The position numbers and the translations under genes were made by a program. Shown here piece after piece: positions 56,991 to 64,000 of a stretch of 64,000 bases of DNA (positions within the stretch are counted from its first letter, which is position 1; each line of letters opens with the position of its first letter). Below the pieces are notes generated by a model. The model worked only from the letters and a program-made list of their open reading frames with translations. It did no database searches and was not told the origin of the DNA. Origin of the DNA: Eledone cirrhosa (lineage: Eukaryota); the NCBI GenBank assembly GCA_964016885.1, contig OZ024740.1, positions 376,588,001 through 376,652,000 on the forward strand, given 5' to 3'.

Positions 56991-57149
<159 letters not shown>

Positions 57150-57649
57150 TGAAAGAAAGAAAGATAGGCGCGGAGATAAGGAGATAAAGAGATATACAAC
57201 ATGATGATGATGATGATGGGCCCTTACGTCGATATCCACAAATGTGTGTCCTCCGGGTTTAACTTAGTTGGCGATGTCTATCGTTGATTTGTCACGTGCT
57301 AACTTGCATATAATTAGCGTTCGCTTTGGTAATTAATTAAGATATATATTCTCTAGTGCGCTACCAGCCGAAGTGGATAATAAAGTTAAATCATACACTT
57401 TATCATACTTTATCGTGTACTTCGGCTGCAAGCGGACTTCCTAATATATATTTCTATTAATCACCAACTTATGTAAATAGATACGCCCATTTCATAATAA
57501 TACTAAGAGTAAATGGGTATATATACCCACTAAATATATGTTTCCTTGTGGTTGATTGGATGATATACACCTCTTCTGATGATTGTCCAAATAGATCCAA
57601 AAATTAATTAAAGATATTTATCAATTTTTCAATTTACAAGGAAATTAGA

Positions 57650-58490
57650 ATGTTCTTGTTGTTGTTGTTGCTGATGTTGTTGTTGTTGTTGTTGTTCTTC
57701 TTCTTCTTCTTCTTCTTCTTCTTCTTCTTCTTCTTCTTCTTCTTCTTCTTCTTCTTCTTCTTCTTCTTCTTCTTCTTCGTCTTCTTCTTAGTCTTCTTCT
57801 ACCCCTTCCTCTTCCCCTTCTTCTTCTTCCATTATTCCTGATAGGGTCGCGGTGGCAAGTCCCCAAAGACTTCTTCAAGCAGTTCCTGTCAGGAGCAACT
57901 ATCTCCAATTGATCTGGCTGAATCCACGAGTGAGGTTAACCAAGGTCATGTATGTCATCCAACCATCTAGCTCAGTGTCTAGCCCTGGGTATCTTGCCGG
58001 TTAGTTTTGCCTGTAAAATCTGTCCATCGATCCGTTCTCGAGACATTCTAAACACATGCCCCCATTACCGTAGCTGTTACCTCTCAATTCGGAGCCGTAG
58101 CGGCTCTACCTTGACCGATTCTATTAAACCATGTTACTGCGCAGACCCTTCGGAGAAACAACATTTCAGCCCCTTGTATTCGCGATCGTATTCTTTCGAT
58201 CTTTATCCAAGATTCTTGACGATAGGTAAGGGTTGACACAAGTATCGAATTGAAGATACAGAGGTTGGCGTTTACACCTACCTCACTACTTCTGATACTG
58301 AATGCAGAAGCTGGTGCATTACTACCCCATATCCTGCAATTCTTTTACTTAATTCAGCTTTCCATCAATCGTGAATACGGCCCCGAGGTATTTGAACTTG
58401 TCCAACTGCTTTAATGGAAATATACTCATATGTAGAGTGCACTGCGCAGTGTTCCTTGCAGCACTCGGCATCAAACCTGCCAATTACATG
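57650..58490 (-). mobile_element. Decayed RTE-clade LINE 3' end with (GAA)n/(CAA)n tail
   Basis: Colinear with 60430-60960; KQLDKFKYLG. Tail at 57650-57830. Confidence 0.75.
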
Positions 58491-58960
58491 TCGGAGATCT
58501 CCTATAAAAAATAGCGCACTTTTTAATATATATATTTATTTATATGAGTGTGTGTGTGTGTGAGTGTGTACGCATATATATATATATATATATATTTAGC
58601 TATAACCGATTGCTTCTCTTGCTATCTCCCAATGTCTCCCTTTTCTCTGCCTTCCCTTTATTATCGGTGTCTATGTCTCTTCTCATCTGTTTCTATCTAT
58701 ATGAGAGACAAGTCGAATCAAACCAAGCACTCGACAAATATTTTCTTTATTAACTCTGAAAGTACAAGAGCTGAAGGTGACGTCTTTCAAATTCCGGTTG
58801 CATAGAGCAGGAACAAACACCGACATACTAATGACACTTCCATATCACCATCTTAATTGATATATCTTATCGAATGTATTATATATACATTTATAATAAT
58901 TGTTAGCATATCTCATTCGGTATCTCTTTCTATATTCCCACCCTCTTTCTCTCTCCATTA

Positions 58961-59084
<124 letters not shown>

Positions 59085-60219
59085 ATCTCACACGCTATCC
59101 AATACACCCTTTCCCTATTTTTACTCTCCCTCCATCTATAAAAAATGTTTTCTAAGTACTTGTTATGTACGCTTTTCACTTTTTATAAATCGTGAAAGAA
59201 AACTGCTAAGTTGTTTCCAACGAAACTTAATACAAACATTCCACTAATGTAGAGTTACCACGTACGTCAGATAATTGAATTTTACGCACTTATTCAATCG
59301 CAGAATTTGTTACATATAATTTCCAGTACTTTATTGGTGATGAGATGTTTAGATAATGCTTGCCGTCGGTACGATTTAAATAAAGATTATATTATTAGAA
59401 CTTGCATTGTTATAAGTAACATGCTTCAGTGAAACTTTCTAAGAATTGTGTTAAAAGTAAACATACACATTTTATATTTTATCGATTGGATGAGTGAACT
59501 TCTTTTTCAAATTGACTTAAAACCTATTGAATTGAAGACATTACTGACATTGCTCACTATTACTGAGGAGTTAGCATAATGGAAAAACAAGAATTTACTT
59601 AAAATGCACTAGATGTATCTCATATATGAACGTGCTTAGAATATTGCATATGTAGTTCGGAATTTAGAAGGATCGTATATTAACATATTCAGAAATTAGA
59701 GCTCTATCAATGAAATAATTGTTGTTTAAGTAATGTCAACTCTGCTCAAATGATTTCCAGTCCTGACCAGGCCGATTTAGATTATGTAATGTGTCTATTT
59801 TATGAATTGTTCTCTTAATACTCAAATGCATGGAATTAAGTGATATAGAGTCAGTAATTCCAGAAGCATAACCGTTCATGCAAAGCTCCCTCATCAGCGT
59901 ATTCATGGTCCTTCATTTGAAAGAATAATTTTAAAATTAATATATGACATCTACGTTGCACATACAGAAAACATTTAGGCATTAGATTCGATAGGTATTA
60001 CAATTTTTTTATAGTTTTGAGGCATAGTGCTATATATTTTGTTAACTGAATTATGTTGAAATAACGTATAACCGCGTATATCACAACGTAAATAATTGCA
60101 TTTAAGATATGTTCTTAAATATCTATATAAACGTCACAATGAAAAATATAGTAAATTAATACAAATATTAGGTATTGATGCGAAATGTATGTTCGAAACT
60201 TTCGGAAAACTAGCCAATA

Positions 60220-60226
60220 CTACTAC

Positions 60227-60258
<32 letters not shown>

Positions 60259-61765
60259 CTTCTTCTTCTTCTTCTTCTTCTTCTTCTTCTTCTTCTTCTT
60301 CTTCTTCTTCTTCTTCTTCTTCTTCTTCTTCTTCTTCTTCTTCTTCTTCTTCTTCTTCTTCTTCTTCTTCTTCTTCTTCTTCTTCTTCTTCTTCTTCTTC
60401 TTCTTCGTCGTCGTCGTCGTCGTCGTCAATATTGACAGATCCTATGTTGCCAAGATTAACCAGGTGAGACCGTCCAAGCTCATGTATGTTATCCAACCAT
60501 TTTCTTCCGGGCTACCCCTAACTCTCTTACCTGTTGGTTTTGCCCGTAAAATCTGTTCAGCGATTCTTTCCCCAGACATTCTAACCACACGCTCATAGTA
60601 TCGGAGCTGTGATCTCTCAATTCGAATAAGTAGCGGCTCCTTATGGTGTACCTCTCAGACCTCAGAGCTACGCATTCTGTGGAGTAACGTTACTCCAAAG
60701 ACCCTTCGAAGGAAGCCTTTCGACTGCTTGTATTCGTATACTTTCGGTCATTACCCAAGATTCATGACCATAGGAAATGGTTGGCACGAATTCCGAATTG
60801 AAGTTAGAGAGTTTCGCATTTACACCTACCTCCCTTCTGATTACCGAATGATAGACCTCGCTCATTATTGCAACAGCTCATGCAATTCTTGGACTTAATT
60901 AAGCTTGCTGCCTTCCATCGTTCTTTAACTTATCCACCTGCTTCAGTGAAATTCCATTTACATATAGAGTGTAGTGTTCAGTCTTCCTTGAGCGGACGGG
61001 TGAATAAGTTTTCACAGCACTGATTTTCATCCCAGCCATGCAGCACTCGGTATCAGACCTATCAAGTGCAAGTGTGAGATCATCTTCTGTCGAGTTAAGT
61101 AACACCATGTCACCTGCAAACTCCATTCGACTGATTCTATACTTTCTCGTCGTGATACCACATCCAACCTTGTTGTGCATTGCAATCCTGTTCATGAAAA
61201 TAATAAACAGAAGAGGTGACAGTACGCACCCTTGATTTAGTCCAATTCCAACATCGAACGTCTTCGATTTAGCTCTATTTATCAGAACATAAATACTCGG
61301 ACATTTGTATAGAGACATCAAGGCAGCAAGACGCTGACCATCGATCCCTTACTCATGCAAACCCTTCCACGGCAGGTCCTGAGGAGCGTGGTCATGTGCC
61401 TTTTCGAAGTCTGCAAAAGAAATATATACCTCTTGGCAATACTCCCACGATTTTACGAAGACCTGCCGCAGTATTAATATTTGGTCAGTTGTGTTGCGTC
61501 CAGGGCGAAAACTGCACTATTCATCAACTAGCTTAGAGTCGCCAATCTCCCTACATCTCTTTGTCAGACACTTAGCATAGACTTTACCAGGGAGTCTGAA
61601 CAAGGATATCTCTCTGTAATTGGAATAATCTCTCTTGTCTCCCATTTTGAAATTATCACTCCCGATTGCCATTACTTTGGGGTCTTTCCAAAGAACCAGG
61701 CTACCCGGCATACACAAGTCAGCCAGAAAATACCTTCTCTATTTAAGGCTTTTAACATCACAGGA
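60220..61765 (-). mobile_element. Decayed RTE-clade LINE (RT domain to 3' end) with long (GAA)n tail
   Basis: GDKRDYSNYREISL..LPGKVYAKCL, GLNQGCVLSPLLFIIFM, FAGDMVL, VPTISYGHESW. (TTC)n at 60229-60406. Confidence 0.85.
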
Positions 61766-62331
61766 CCAGATCACAGGATATTAGTCAATAGCATATATTA
61801 TTTTCCTTATTCGGTTAGTATGGGATATGACTCCGGACATGCTTTTGGATTTTATAACGCCATCATAATTAACGCATTTCTACGAAGTTATTACATCATC
61901 GTAAGGCATTGACATGTAATGTCACATTGTGTCCAAAACAGAAGTGATATACCAACACGGTAGTGAAATGAAGAAATCGAACTATTGATCAATTTGATTC
62001 TGAAAGTGATTGTCGTTTTCCGTCTTTGTAGCTGTTATGCTACGTCTTTTAAACAAATATATGAATTATTTAAAAATATTTAATAATAATAGTTCTTTTT
62101 AGGGATGCACAACAATGTTTGGTGTCGAGTAGACAAGGTTATTGATGATTCCAAAATACGGTTTAAATACATGGTTCCTTCTGCTCGTAGTGTATATTAT
62201 TTTAATAAACAAATATTTCTATATTCTTTAATAATTTTGTTCGTTGAAATTGAGATATTCTAGCCTGCATCATACGACGGCGGGAATAAAGTAAGATAAG
62301 ATAAATATTGTTTGGGCGTATTATTAAACTA

Positions 62332-62516
62332 TGGATTGGCAGTATCGGTAGAGGGTCGCACGCCATACTTTCCAGCATAGTTACGTCCCTTTACGATCTG
62401 AGTTCAAATCCCGCCGAGGTTGACTTTGCCTTTCATCCTTACGGGGTCGATAAAATAAAGTACCAGTAATGCACTGGGTAATTCCTGGCCTTGTGCCTAA
62501 AGTAGAAACAATTATT
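62332..62516 (+). mobile_element. Young SINE copy with TSD ATTATTAAACTA
   Basis: Nearly identical to the 41911 copy; 12-bp direct repeat. Confidence 0.93.
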
Positions 62517-62559
62517 AAACTAATATATAAATTCAACAGTGAACAATATACAAATACAT

Positions 62560-63080
62560 CTACATAATTTTTATGATCTTAAAAAGGCATTTGACAGTGT
62601 GCTTAGGTCTGCTATGTGACATATATTGGAAATTATCGGATCTCCGTTATCGGATCATTCCGCGATGATATGGTGGGAAGGTTGCTGCACAACAACCAAA
62701 CCAACCAAACCTTCCGGATCATTTGTGGCTTAAAACAGGGTTGTGTCTTGGTGCCTACCCTGTTTTTCATCTATTTAGAAACTGACAGCGCTGGAGTAGA
62801 CCTGCACGACCAAATTGATAGGGACTTCTTCAATTCTGTCCGCTTTCAATCTAAGAGAAGCACCACGGCCTTCAGAGTGACTGTTCCTCAGTTTGTCAAT
62901 GTTATGCCTGTCTTGGTCATATATTTTGAAGGATCTGTGAGAAATTATACCAATGCCTACCAGTGAATGTAAATAAGACTAAAGTCATAACCCAACAACC
63001 CTCAGCATTAAATGGACCTGAACACAACATAAAAATCCGAGGGATGGAGGTAGAGAGAGTGTCTCAATTTCCCTGCCTCG
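62560..63080 (+). mobile_element. Decayed RTE (BovB-like) RT fragment
   Basis: FYDLKKAFDSV, GLKQGCVLVPTLFFIY. Confidence 0.7.
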
Positions 63081-63269
63081 GATATATATATATATATATA
63101 TACATATATATGGGTCTGTGAGTATGTGTGTGCGTGAGTGTATGTGTCTGCGCCTGTGTGTATGTAGGTGGATGTGCGTTGGTGTGGTTGGCGTTTTGGT
63201 ATGTATATATATTATATATATATATATATGTATACACATGAAAATTATTTATTCTGCTATAATGCATTA

Positions 63270-63970
63270 AACTGAAATCACACAGTGGTGCCTGGCTCCA
63301 TGCCCTGCCCTCCTTCTCCACTGGCACGCACCTAGACAACCATAGCCTGCGCATCGGCGTTTCCCTGAGGCTCGGCCGCCGGATCTGCCAGCGACACCAA
63401 TGTCGTTGCAGTTAACCGTGGACTCTTTCGGCCTCCACCCGCTTTCCTGTCGCCACAGTATCGGCCGCATTCCACGACATGCTGCCCTCAACGAGGTCAT
63501 TAATTATGGCTTGGACGCTGCAGGCTTCCCTTCCCAGCTCGACCCGATGGGGCTGGATCGAGGGGACGGTAAAGGGCCAGATACCACGACCATCTTCCCG
63601 TTCCGCGGTGGCAAACCCCTCGTCTGGGATGCCACTTGCACCGACACTTTCTGCAGTTGCAACCTGGTACAGAATGCGACTGACCCAGGTTCTGCTGCAC
63701 GTCGTGCTGAGGGGGGCCAAACTCCTCAAATACCGGTCGCTCTCTGACAAGTTTGCTGTATTTCCTCTCGCAGTGGAGACTTCTACTGTCCTCGGCCCCA
63801 GGGCTACCTCCTTACTCACCACCATAGGCGCTGAGCTGGCCAGCCGCAGTTGTGAGCCCCGCGAGTTGGAGTGGCTTTTCCAGCGCGTCTCCCTTGCCGT
63901 ACTCCGGGGAAACGCCTTCTCCATTCTCTCCGCCGGGGCTGTGGGTAGGCCCCATCGCGTACCGTTGTAG
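63270..63970 (+). mobile_element. 5'-truncated CRE-clade non-LTR retrotransposon (Zn knuckle + RLE domain), frameshifted
   Basis: [12 protein letters not shown]...[68 protein letters not shown]. Confidence 0.85.
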
Positions 63971-64000
63971 TTGTTGTATACAGATATTAACTCATCAATC

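Noticed and set aside
57572-57615. HHR-like motif tctt-CTGATGA...AAAA-ttaatta-aaga
   Set aside because: G12 is missing and stem II is poor; cannot be told from chance in AT-rich DNA.

Overview
Eukaryotic, AT-rich, microsatellite-saturated DNA with a 200-N assembly gap. The dominant tRNA/Nin-domain SINE resembles those of octopus/cephalopod genomes (inference). No host gene can be called with confidence; most long ORF-track entries are microsatellite artefacts or transposon fragments. The window is a retroelement graveyard: four Penelope-like (Naiad-type, RT + GIY-YIG) elements, four R4/Dong-type RLE LINE copies (one nearly intact), several RTE fragments, HERO- and CRE-type fragments, an internally deleted mariner with long TIRs, a decayed Transib/RAG1-like transposase, and at least 12 SINE copies. 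The most striking unannotated signal is an RNA-level system of about a dozen type I hammerhead ribozyme (HHR) motifs from several families. These include HHRs with a very long stem II and palindromic stem III, two retrozyme-like tandem repeats (315-bp and 530-bp period), and repeated 3'-ends-outward fold-back insertions into (TA)n tracts. One 248-bp mini fold-back shares both termini with a 4.7-kb element and turns round almost exactly at the predicted ribozyme cleavage site. All folds and alignments were read by eye; boundaries are approximate unless stated.
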